64,000 nt of DNA from the NCBI RefSeq assembly GCF_009914755.1, contig NC_060927.1; one strand, given 5' to 3'. The notes beneath the pieces were generated by a model. That model was not told the origin of the DNA, did not search any database, and worked only from the letters and a program-made list of their open reading frames with translations. Positions 29,315-44,308 of the stretch are shown one piece after another. The DNA comes from the human T2T-CHM13v2.0 reference genome, Homo sapiens. Position 1 is the first letter of the stretch. Every line of letters starts with the position of its first letter. The translations under genes were made by a program, and so were the position numbers.

Positions 29315-31465
29315 TATTTTAATATATACACAGAGTAGGTAAATAAAGGTGTGCTTAAAGGTAAAAGACAAGGAGCAAAATTCTACCAACAAGTATTTGT
29401 AAAAATGAATTAGTGAACTAATTAACTAGGGTCTGTCTTATATGTCTATAGTAAATTACTCTAAATTTGATTTTTTAAATGAGTTTTTAAAATTTCTGCC
29501 TTCACTTCAGTTATTAATATTTATCAAGGAATAATCATGAGTTTACTAGCACTTGCACTTCTTTCAGTTACTAAAATTAAGGGTTAGGGCTCTATATTAA
29601 AAAATGGTTTCTCTTTATTCTAATCCATGAATTTGATTCTTTTTGACCAATCTCTGGCATAAAATCCACACACAAAGATATCTCAACTTTTTTCAACAAA
29701 AGCTAAAGAATTATTTTATTGGGACAAGTTCTTTATTCAAATATGGATATTTACTAAAATATTATTAATACATGGAGTAATATAAATATCCAAAAAGATA
29801 TCTTCTGAAATTTAGAATATTTCTAGAAATTATTAATTTTCTCTTTACAAAGTGCAAATACAGAGAGCCAGCAGGGAGGAAGTGAGACACAGACTCAAAA
29901 TAATTCCAATCAAAAGATGTTTTAAAAGATATTTGCCTTAAATACATCTTTTGAGGCTAGATTTTAGGGGCTGAATATTTATACCATAATTTATGTCACT
30001 GGTTTTGCATATCTGTTTATATGTAACTCAAACATTTTTTATGTGGAGGAAACAAAGGTATCTTCAAAATTTTAATAAATTTCATGTTTATATAGTATAT
30101 ATGGATCAGATTTCTATATTATCTCATTATTCCCTCTAATATTAATTAGCTTTCTGATTCTAAAATGTGGCAAGAAATTGAATAATCATCCATAAGATTT
30201 AAGAACTTTTACCTATAGCATTTTTCCTGTGCATCAATACTGATTTTTCTTCAAGTTAAAGTAAAAAAAAAAATCCCCTAAGATTTTATTTTAGGGCATT
30301 AGTATTCACATTTCATTTTAGATCACCTTTCAAATCATTGAGCAAACTGTGACTTTATTAATTTCTTAGAAATTCTGATAATGGGATAATCAATAAGCAT
30401 TTTGCTATGGGGTATCCCTCACTAGGCATATTAATCAGGCTGCTTTAACAAAGAAAGCCATGGAAAGAAAACTTGTTCCTACTCAGTTCTGATATTTTCA
30501 TTGCTTACTTTCCAAAGACTTGAATTCTTACACAAATATCTACAATTCAGGATATAATTCAGGATATCTGACCAGGAACCTAATGTCACCCAAGAAATCA
30601 AATAATTCTATCCCTCAAGACACCAAGAGATTCAATGGTGAAGTGAAATATGGAATTCTACCCTCACGACTAGAAAACACCTCTTTTCAGCTTTATTTCT
30701 GTGAAAGAGGAAGGTATGTGGTTAAAATGGAACAAAAGTACTTTTAAAATAACAAAATGTCAAAAGATAATATTTTCCTATTCAGAATATTCAGAGACTA
30801 CTACATTTACTATCCCCATATCTCAACTATTCCTACAAAATAAAGGACAATTCTCATCAGGTGGATTGAGTCTGCAATTTAAAACTTTTACTATTGGCAA
30901 GGGGAAAATCATTACAGCAGTGTTACAGGTTTGATTGTTGAAGACAGCATTTTCCCTTGAATAAGTGTGCCACTTGCCTAACAAAAAGATGTCCCTGTAA
31001 AACACAAAAGGAGCTAATTACTGTACCACTCAAATCTGTAAAAAAAAAAAAAAAAAAAAAGAAGAAGAAAACAGATTTTAAAAGGAAATTGTTTCTTCAA
31101 GTTAAGACTCCATATGCTGAATCAATCAGCTTTCTCTGCAATTCTCTCTGGCTATCTTTGATGTACATTCACAAAATTGTCAAAAAATAATTTTAAAAAA
31201 TGTATTTTCCTAAACAAAACTTTTTGAATTTTCTTCTAAAAAATCAAACTATTATAATATGTGAACTATTTGTAAACATGTTTCTAAAATTGTGATTAAA
31301 ACTGGATGGTGCTTTTGAATACACAAAACAAAAATAATAGAATATTGAAAGAGAACAAATTGATAATTCCCTTCCCCAAAGCTAATAAGTGTCTTAATAA
31401 AAACAAGTTATTGGTCAAGTTTAGATCTACTCTATAGATCATGAAATACAATTAATTATGTCGTT

Positions 31466-32240
31466 TTAATTTTTTTCTTTTTATTTACTTTTTAAAAACA
31501 ATTTCAGCTTTTGGATTCAGGGAGTATATGTGCAGGTTTGTTACAAGTGTATAATGCATGATGCTAAGGTTTAGGGTATGACTGATCCCATCACCAAGGT
31601 AGTGAGCACAGTACCCATTAGTTGGTTTTTCAACCCTTGTCCCCCTCCCTACTCCCTCACTCCTCTAGTGATCCCCAGGGTCTACTGTTCCTATATTTAT
31701 GTTCACAAGTACCCAATGTTTAGCTCCCACTCATAAGTGAGAACATGCAGTATTTGGTTTTCTGTGCCATTAATTCACTTAGGGTAATGGCCTCCAGTTC
31801 TCTCCATGTTGCTGAAAATGACATAATATTGTTCTTTTTTATGGCTGTATAGTATTCTATGGTGTGTATGTAACACATTTTCTTTATCCAATCCACCATT
31901 AATGAACACCTAGTTTAAGTCCATGTCTTTGCTACTGTGAATAGTGCTGCAACGAACAGATACAGGTTCATGTGTGTTTTTGGTCAAATGACTTACTTTC
32001 TTTTGGCTATATACCCAGTAATGGAATTGCTGGGTCAAATGGTAGCTCTGTTTTAAGATCTTTGAGAAATCTTCAAACTGCTTTCCAAATTGCTAAACTA
32101 ATTTACATTCCGACCAACAACGTACAAGCATTCCCTTTTCTCCGTAGCCTCACCCATATCTGTTGTTTTTGACTTTTTAATAATAGCCATTCTGACTGGT
32201 GTGAGACAGTATCTCATTGTGGTTTTGATGTGCATTTCAC
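31466..32240 (-). mobile_element. L1 3' end (older L1PA/L1PB-like), 5'-truncated, ending about 110 bp from exon 15
   Basis: T-rich tail followed by reverse L1 3' UTR (GTGCAGGTTTGTTAC, AAGTGAGAACATGCAGTATTTGGTTTTCTG) and ORF2 end. Confidence 0.85.
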
Positions 32241-32297
32241 CTTATGTCATTTTAAAAAGCCTCTAACCACATTTCATATTATTAACCAACTGATTTA

Positions 32298-32462
<165 letters not shown>

Positions 32463-33428
32463 CTATATGCCAGAAAATAACAGTATTAATCTTAGAGGTA
32501 GGTACAAAAGTAAATTTAATCATAGGAAAAATATATAGAAGATATTAATTTCTATCTTTATATTTCATTTATGAACATGCATTTTTAGTATTCATATAAA
32601 ATGTGCATAGTTTAAAATAAAAAACTCAAATTTTGATTATGAATTCAGACACCACACAAAACTAGTAGATAGCACTGACACTCAACTGAAAAAAAGAAGA
32701 ATGGACTGTTTTTGTCCCTTTCTCATTGATCCTAGATGTAGACATCGGGGAAAAAATTCCTGTTTGAAAGCAGAAATATTTTTGAGACACAGTGCAATGA
32801 ATTATACCTCTTTTGGCTTCTTTCTCTTTCAAAGAAAGCATCACATTTTTAATCAAGAATTCACTGCCAGTTATATTTCACCAGTCTGTTTCATTCCTTT
32901 CTTTTTCTAATGTTTAAAGGCTAACACGCAAATGAGTCATACATTATAAAGGCAGATAAAGAAAACCAGTCTCATATTCTTGCCCCAAACCAGACAAATG
33001 TGGCAAACACCACTAGGTAATGTGTTTCTTTTTGGACCTGTTTTAATAGTAAAAGAGTTAGTGATTAATAACTCAATAAGGTGCACCTAAACCTTACTGT
33101 AATCAAATTCTATTTTATACCTACTTCTACCCTCTTCTCTCCCTTTAAAAAGAAATAAAAACCTAAAAAAAGAATGAAAGGGACTTAGGTTTAACTTTGT
33201 CACCTGTCAGCCATAAAATATAAATCAGCTCAAAGAACCAAGAGTTGACTATCACACAAGACCCATGCCCAAGTCACACAAAACACGCAAACACACAGAT
33301 GACTGATGAAAATCAACATTTTACCAAGCTAAATGCAAATAAGGCCCTTAAAGAAACTTTACTACTAGGCAATATACTATATCAAATATTAAATAAACAA
33401 AAATAAATAAAATAAGTAAAAATAACAC

Positions 33429-33491
33429 CTTTGGGGGGCTGAGCATTTGGAATGTTTCCGGAGTAGGGGAGTCTTTTTCCCTTTGTAAAGT
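33429..33491 (-). CDS. PLOD2: PLOD2 alternative cassette exon 13A / exon 14 (63 nt): [21 protein letters not shown], included in LH2b (long) and skipped in LH2a
   Basis: Acceptor tttAG|ACT, weak donor AAG|GTGTTA; 21 codons, symmetric phase 0; recognised LH2b-specific insert. Confidence 0.96.
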
Positions 33492-34580
33492 CTAAAATGA
33501 AGAGAAGCATTGGGTAAGTTGACCTGTACACCCGCTCTCTCAGGTATTCTTTGGTAAATAAAAATAATAGCAGCTGTTGATCAAAAGCTAACATTCTGAA
33601 ATGTCCTTCATAGACAACATGCAGAACAAGCAAAGCTTATAGCACACACAAAGAAACATCTCCAGCTCTTTCAGCCCTTCTTTTCTTTTCTTTTTGGGAG
33701 GTGTGGTGGGGTCAAACATAAGTCTAAGCTCATTCCTTAGCAGAACTTTCATTAGACACATAAGACAACGGAAAAAATGAGTAAGAGAGGCCATTCCATG
33801 ATGCGCTGTTGAGTCAAATTAGCCAAACATGAGCACAAAATACTATCACAAGTACTGAGGATATTCAATAATAATGCACACAGGTTTGTAGAGAAAACAA
33901 ACATATTCAAACAATACATGCTTTGTTAAACTAAGAAAAAAATACTTGCCAACTTTTCTGACTTTTCATCAAATCACAATTGCTTATATAAATTTGGAAA
34001 TCGGAAATAAAATAGCCCCATCATTTCTAAAACCAAAAATCATATCAATATATTCTAAGCCATGTTTATGCATTTTGAAAAATTATTTTCTAGTCATTTT
34101 AAGTTTTATAATAAAAGTACATTTGTAGTGCAGCAAGGTATCATTAGTATTTTATTTAGAGTAAATACACTATGTATCTCAACACTTCTACTAGTTTGGT
34201 GGTAATAATCCTGCTTTCTAAGAATGTGAAGTTAATAATAATTTTAAAATTTTACCTAGTTAGAGAAAATGTGGACATTAATTTTAGAACAAAAATATTC
34301 TTAAATCTGGAAATATTGTTTCATCGAAGCTTATCTAATTAATTTTAATTAGGTCAAGTTTTCACTATAGAATTTCAAATTAAAGATGTATTCTTAAAAG
34401 AGCAAAGCTGATTTGTAACAAATACATCTTTATTACTGAAATCCAACTCGGTTGCCTATGAATTAGCCCGAGCACAAAAACTAACATTTTTCATACCATT
34501 TCTATAAGTAAATGTTAAATTATCTCCAAAATTACTCCCAAATTTTTTAACACAGAACCAAAAAAATTGGCTAGTACTTA

Positions 34581-34847
<267 letters not shown>

Positions 34848-35191
34848 TTATATACCACAAATACAAACAATTTTAAGTTTCATTTTTACCTTTTTAAAAT
34901 AAATGCTTTGTGTTTAGATTTTGTATACATAAATTATTGAATCAACATACAAATATATTCAATGATATATATATAAGATTACATTGTATACACTATATTT
35001 AATGAGATTTAGGAGATAAACCACTGCCCCTTTGGATACATTTCAATTTTGGGTTGGTATCTGTTTGGCATTTGTATTATAGCTATCATATCTCAATCAG
35101 TTGTTACAATTAGACTATTATAATCTATTGTATAGACGGTGTTTCTATTTAAAATTAAAGAATTTGATAGCATGAATCATAACATACAACC

Positions 35192-35390
35192 AGTGGTGCA
35201 CTAGACCCAGCTCATACTGGCTCCCCAAAGTTAACTTTTTCTGCCAAGTCCATGTTCAGTAATTTCACATTGGAAACTTGAAATCAGCCATGGTAGAAGT
35301 ATTTACACCAAACAAATGGGCAAGCACTTTAAATCAGGGAATCCTCCACTTCCAAAAGCCAGTTGTTACACATTTACCAAAATACCACTG
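35192..35390. mobile_element. MER63-like hAT-Blackjack element
   Basis: CAGTGGTG...TACCACTG termini; GCCATGGT..GAGTATTTACACCA-like core. Confidence 0.7.
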
Positions 35391-35709
35391 AATATAGCCT
35401 AAAATTCTCCAAAATTATATTCTCTTACCATTCATTAAGCCATCTTAAATATTTTATAGAAAAAGGAAAACATGAAGAAATACAGCTGGGAGCACATGAA
35501 CGTTGCATCCTTTCCCACATCTATATTCTCACTCTGAACATGACTGATTTCATAAAAACTGCAAAACAAGTTTTGCCCCTAAGACTGTGCGCCTTTCTTT
35601 TAGAGAACATCAAGGCAAGATCTTGACCAAGAAATGCAGTTAGATATTAACGGAAATATGATATTATGTCTTACTAGACTAGCCTCAAAGAAAAATGCCT
35701 TAAGGAGTA

Positions 35710-36014
35710 CAGCAGTCCCCGCCTTATGTGAGGGTGATACATTCCATGACCCCAGTGGATGCTTGAAAGCAGATAGTAACAAACGCTACACATACACTAC
35801 GTTTTTTCCTACACATATATACTTATAATAAAGTTTAATTTATACATAAAGTACAGTAAGACTAACAACAATAATAGAACAACTATAACAATATGCTGTA
35901 ATAAAAGTTACATGAATGTTTACACTTTCTCTATCTCAACATATCTTCGTATTTTCAATCCACAGTAGACTTGAAACCATGGAAAGCAAAACCATAGATA
36001 AAGGGGAATTACTG
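35710..36014 (+). mobile_element. MER44-like (Tigger7) element
   Basis: TA|CAGCAGTCCCC...GGGGAATTACTG|TA termini. Confidence 0.75.
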
Positions 36015-37303
36015 TATACAACGTGTCAGCTAAATTCAGAAATTAATCTCTGGGGAATTATTCAGTGTTTCAACTTATACACACACACATACACACACAC
36101 ACACAGTTGCTCCTTCGTGTAGCTTTTGGACATGAAGTGTATTCCAGATCAAAAGCTTCTGCCATATTTTTTTCCTTATACTTTAGACAAGAATGACAGG
36201 AGGTTGGACAGAAAATCACCAATGCCTAAAGCAACTTGAAACAAATTTTCCATTCTACTTTCACAAACCCTCATTTGTGATGTGCCCAAAGATACAATCA
36301 GGTATATTGTCTATACAACTCACCCAGAGTCAATACAACTGCACAGAAACAACAGAATACGATCTTAATAGTCTTTTCACCTCCACTGTGCATTTTAATT
36401 GCAGCTAACAAAAACCTTTATTGTATTTACATCATTCAGATTGAAGCTTTCCACACCAATTACTATTTCCACAAGCAACACATCTTTTTACCACTCAACT
36501 GTTTGAACAGAAACGTGTGCCTTTTTTTTTCTAAATGTAAGGGCACATCCTTTTAGTCCTGAGAGTATACTGCCCCTTTTTAATCAGGCTGACATGTTTG
36601 AGAACTAAGGCAAAGCATGTAATGTCTTAGTCACTCTGGTCCATCATATGTATGAAAAAAAGAATGACATTCTTCTCCAATATTACCTTAGCAAAACTAT
36701 TTCAATTGTGATTATTTTTAGTAATCAACCATTGTCTCTGAAATAAATATAAATCATGCACACACTTTTCAGCAAATATATTCTTTTCAATCTCTAGAAG
36801 TGAAAATCTAATATTGGTAAAAAAAACTTGTATTTAAAGCAGAATAATAGCTATTTCACACAAAAAAACTCATGCAATCAGGAATACTGGAATGTTCTGG
36901 CTGTTAGTGTTACTGTTGGCTTAATTATAAATTTTAAAACCTATCAAAACAACCCTTAATTATAACCATTAAAAAGTTAGTAAACTAAATCCCCTTTCCA
37001 AGCTTTTAAATAAAGAGTATTACTCTTCTATCAACCATAATGTGAGTATGGTAAACATATATTATCTCTTAGTATTCCCCACAGCAATGAGCTTGTTCCT
37101 TTGAAGATTTGGGACTTTAAAAACATTTTTTTAAGATATTAGTTTTATACTAGTATTTCAGGATTCCAAGTGGTCTTGGGTTCTCAAATTCCCATTAACT
37201 ATAAAGAAAAGAGATGAATGCAAAAAAAATTTCAAGTAATACTAACAAGACTACATCTTTAGATTATGGTATTTCACATTAAAATATTAAACCAAGTAAC
37301 TTA

Positions 37304-37474
<171 letters not shown>

Positions 37475-38176
37475 TTATTTATTTTTAAATTACCACAGAA
37501 TTATGTATTTTGGGCTTAGTATGACATATAACACAAGAAAGCTCATTCAACAAACCTGTAGTTAATAAAAATAAAATAAGGATCTTCTTTCCCAACATCT
37601 TTTCTTAAGTAAGTATATTGCTAATTTTCAATCATATTTCTTAAAAAGAGTAACAAAGAAGGAAAAAGTAATTGAAAATGCTAATGAATACATAAAAATG
37701 ACTTTTAAAAATGCCTTGCTTACATCCAACAGAGGGAAACTACTTTAGTTATTTAATTATATTTAAGTTTAACTAAAGTATTTCGGAACCTATATTAAAT
37801 GAAACCAAATATTTTCATTGTCACTGGGTGAACAACAGCCCCTGGTGCATTTAAGATATTCAATGAATATTTGTTGAATTTGTAAAAAATGAATGAAGAT
37901 GAACTGAGATGTTTGTAAACAGGCAAAGCTTTCCTGTAATTAAGTCTCAAATTACTTAAGTATGTTTCCAGTTTTCCATGACTTTAAAAAATGACTTGTG
38001 ATTACAGTAAGCTAGTCCTGGCAACACTGAACTTTCCTTTAACTATTTTAGAAAGCAAATTTATGGAACAACTATTCTTTATATGAAAAAAGAAAACCTA
38101 TTTCACCTCTATCTTGTGAAGACCAGCCGGGCCCTTTCTATTACATGCACAAAAGTGAAATAAATAAACACACATC

Positions 38177-38614
<438 letters not shown>

Positions 38615-39068
38615 CTACATACATTAATTTGGGAAATAATTCAATATGAATATCAAACATTTAATTTAAAAAGAACTTGTAATTTATAATCCCAGCTGCC
38701 TCCTGAAAAGGTTTAAACCAACAAATTTGGGAAACCAAAATTCATCTGCTGTATACCTCAATGTTTTTGTGAATAAAAATGTAAGGATGGCAGCTGAGGA
38801 ATGATTCATATTATTATACAATTTAAGGAGTAAAATTTAGAGCAAGGGAGCAAATAGAGATAGGGAGAGAAGAGGAAAAAAGAGAGCTGATGAGAAGGTA
38901 GAAAGCCACATGCCCAAGATGTGTCAAATCTCTTTCTCTACTCTTCAGTCCAATCTACTAAATCTTGCAACATTCCTGGCATATGTCAATAGACTATAGA
39001 AACCACATGTCTAGATACAGAAGCAAGAACCATAGGTATTACATAAACCTAAACCTTTGATTAACTAA

Positions 39069-39447
<379 letters not shown>

Positions 39448-40698
39448 GGGAATTTTTTTTCTTTTAGAAGATTTAAAATGTTTAATATTAAGAGGGATAT
39501 ATGTCAAATACATAGTGTAAATTCATTAAATAGTTCACTAAGAGAATAATTAATAAATATATAAATTATAGTCATAAAATGAAAATATCTAATTATTAAA
39601 AAGCATATGGGCATTACACACTATAGCATTTCAATCAAATTAAGAGAAAACAATGCAAATTCAAGAAAATAGTACTGAATTAAACTAGGTTTTAAGAGTT
39701 ACAAATCATACACTATTTCATATCTCTAGGGTGTCACAACTGCTTTTCCTTGCCAAATGATCAAAACCTCATTCATATGCTTTGGAAAATTACCTACGAT
39801 GTATATAGATAGTTAACTTAGATACTGAGTATCTATAACACAGCTATACAGTTGGGCTGTATATACAGGTTGCTACAGAGAGGTCTTAGATTTTTGAAGT
39901 AAGAACTAAATTCTCAAATTTACAAATTCTAGTGATATATATATATAGATAGATATTATATATAGGGTGGGTTAATAAAGCATACTACATTTCCCATGTA
40001 TCTTACTTAACAAAATAAAAACAATCATTCTAACATTTCACCCGCTAAACATTCTATTTATTATGAGAAATAATTGTGTTAATACATGTACTTACAACAA
40101 TACCTGGCACTTAATAAGCACTTGTTAAAGGTGAGGTCTTAGCAGGAGTAGTAAAAATGGTATTATTAGTATTAGCAGTAGTATTGACAAACAAACTTAG
40201 TATCATTGTAAGCTGATATACATGGTGTCTTTTTCCCATTTCAATTGAGTTAAATGAGCAAACAGACACTGTGAAGTGATAACTAGTTCAACAGTAAATA
40301 AAGCTACACATATGACTGTGGGATGATTTGTACCTCTGAAATTTCCTTCTGATACTAAGGACTACAACTCTGTATGCAATAACTATCTTGGTCAGAAGTT
40401 TTGTGAAATTCTACTTTAAAAATATCTATAGAGAATAAAACAACTCTAAATTTTAGTATCAGATGTATCATAATTTCACCTAGCTTTAAACAGAAAAATG
40501 GGCCAAGTAACTGTATTTGTGATTATAACTAATATTAAATAATTCCAGATGTATTCAGGTTGTTTTCTATGACTCCTTTAAATGAAAAATAATTAACTTG
40601 AATTGAAAGTTTATTAGCTGTAGAACATAACTAAGTTCCCTCAATTTACTAAATACACAATTACTACAGTATGTTCACATCAATATGAAAAATAATCA

Positions 40699-41058
<360 letters not shown>

Positions 41059-42337
41059 TTAAGCCAGTTAAAATATATTTTCAAGCCAGTAAATATTTTA
41101 AGGCATAAAACATCCACAAATCAAAATGTTTCTGCATACATACATACATACATACACATGCACACAAATGCAACTTACATATCCCACAACTCAGTTTTAA
41201 ATGAATGTTGGAGATGTAAGTATATGACTTTTCAGGTATTAATATTTTACAAACTTGATTTTCATCAAATTTTCTAAGATAGTTATTCCCCTGCCTTCTT
41301 ACCAGGGGCAGTGACTATGTTTGCTTTCCCTGGTACAGTTTGTAACATTATCATCAGCAATATCAAGGAATGAACAACTGGAGATACCAGATGACATTTG
41401 GGTTATCAACTTCCCTCTGGGCTCCCCTCCCTCACTGTCGGTCCCAGTCAGCACTTTTTGCTGTTGTCAGTGTGTGTCTCCACACCATATTTGTTCGAAG
41501 CAACTATCAAACAAAATACCAGACAGAAGCACTAGGTACAATCATGAAAAATATTAAAGAAAATATGTTCTGAATGTGGACCCAGAGGATTCTCCAATGA
41601 ATAAATTATGGAATCATTAGTAATAACATCAGTTTGGTTTTTCAGAGGCCTCTTTTCTGTCTATCCCTAGACCCCTAATCTAGTCAGAATCCATCCCTCT
41701 GGGACCTCAGCTTCTGCAGCACAGGCATGAGGGTTCGTAGTAGATAAGATTATTTCCTGATGAGAATGGATCATGTCTTCACCTTTTTATCACCTACTCT
41801 TAACACAGTTCCTGGCATATTCAATTAATATTCATTGAATACACGATTTTTTTTACTATTACTAGAGTTTTATTAGTAGAATGAAGCATTAACAGGGCTA
41901 AACAAAAGGCCTACAATGCCCGTTTCTTGGGATTACAGTATTATCTAGCTCAGTGACTAACTGGAGAGTAAGAGCACCTGTTTCCCCCACAGTCTAAATA
42001 AACACACTTTTACCACACACAACCTTCAGAGTGTACATTTAAATTTAAGTCACTGCTATGAAAGTCATACTATTCATTTATCTGCATTTAAAAAAAATTG
42101 ATCTTACCTTGATTCATCATTTGATTAAATATGTGGACTCGTAGCCATTAAAAGAAAAACATAAGTAACTTCTACAGCCCTTTATGTATAAATACGTACA
42201 AACATAGACACAGTCTAAGTTGGCTACTGCATACGCAAACAAATAGTTTGAGACACCCAAATTTGGCATAACAATTTTAATTTAAAAGTTTATTTTTTCT
42301 TAACGTTTCCTTAGTAAAATAATTTAATTTAATTTTA

Positions 42338-42487
<150 letters not shown>

Positions 42488-44143
42488 TTAAAAATCAAAA
42501 ATTAGAGAATAAGACAATCAGATGACTGAAGTATTCATATTAGAGAGTGCTTCACATTCAAGGTCATGAATTCTACAATTCAGATATTCAATTACATATA
42601 AAATAATAACCATATTAAACACGGTATATTTAAATATCACTTAAATGTCACATGAATAATCTTAAATACATATATATCAATATTCTTAAAGAGAAGATGC
42701 TTCAAAATTCTGTCAATATCTACTGCTAGACAAGTCTTTGTATAAATACTTAAATCTTTAATAGGTGTTTGCATAAATACTTAAATCCTTAGTAATATAA
42801 AATGTTTCCAACTGGAGAAGAAAAACACGGCCTGTAGCCTAGAAATCTTAGATATATGTTGTGAAATATCTAGAAAAAATGTCTACTAAGCATAATAGCC
42901 ATCAATCTGAGTTATAAACTTAAATAATCACATTTTACAAAATACCCTTTGAAACCAGAGAGTAAAATAAATGGTCATATATAAAAAAATTTTACTTAAC
43001 AAAAAAAGGAAAAATTTAACAAAATTCTATGGACAGATTAATGGGAAAACCATCAACATAAAGGTTACCAATTTTAGTGTGATTCGACTGTGCTAAAATT
43101 CAGGTAAGATTATCTGTCTCCATCATTAGAGCATTTCAGAGATTTTTATTTGTCAAGTCTCTAAGTTTTCTGAAAAGCTGTTGCTTTTTGCAGATTTTTA
43201 AAATAACTTATCACATAAAAGCAACATAGAGTTAATACTAAATAACCAAAGATAAGACAAAAACGTCCGCCATCAAGGATTTTAAGGCCCCATGAAAGCA
43301 GGGAAAATATAAACAAAAGACAATACATAAAAACAAAATACTTTAGTGAAAGTATATATATTACAACATATTTTACAAAGCAAATGCTCAATTTTTCACC
43401 ATTTTAAATCCATTTAAGCTAGTTTTCTGCAGTTAAAATATTCTCTGGACAATGTGAATGGTTAGCTGACATTTACATTAGGAAAAAGGAACAATGGTAA
43501 ACAAACAGTATTAGGACAGAAGAGAGAAAATCGCACACTTCACAGCTATTGAGTTTTTCTAGACAATGTTAAATACCAGTGGTTTTAGTAGACAAGAAAT
43601 AACTGTAAAAATACTGAGGAAAAATATTTTCAAGTTTGGATAATATGTAGGAGGTATGTAGGGGGCTCTGAATATTTTTGAAGAAAATGACAGTATCAAA
43701 ATCCTTTGGGGAATGGCATGCCCTTGTGTAATTAATCAAAACAGTACTCTATCTGGAAACTGTTTCAAGTTCTTATATGTTATTGTCTTAAATCACAAAC
43801 AATTTAATGACCAATTCTATAGAAGAAAGTACCAGAACTAACCCAAAGGCAAAGGGATTTAAGGCCCTTTGAATCTCCTTGATTATATATTAATTTAAGC
43901 TATATGATGATGGCTAATATTCAGCCATTTTTGATCTACAGAAACTGGCAGTTTCATGTGGCTCATATCAATATTGTGGTGCTAGTCTCTAGAATCTAAA
44001 ATCCTTAGGTCCTAAAAAGGCAGGGCTGTAATTACTCCAAAAATCCTCCACTGAACTTAACCCAATGAATTTTATTTGACATAAATAACAAATAGTTCCA
44101 AAAAAGACCAAAAATAGTTTTGACATAAAATATTCATTTCTCA

Positions 44144-44308
<165 letters not shown>

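Noticed and set aside
42102-42110. Strong minus-strand donor AAG|GTAAGA in intron 10
   Set aside because: No convincing paired acceptor, and the frame needed to join exon 11 has a stop a few codons upstream; probably a decoy site
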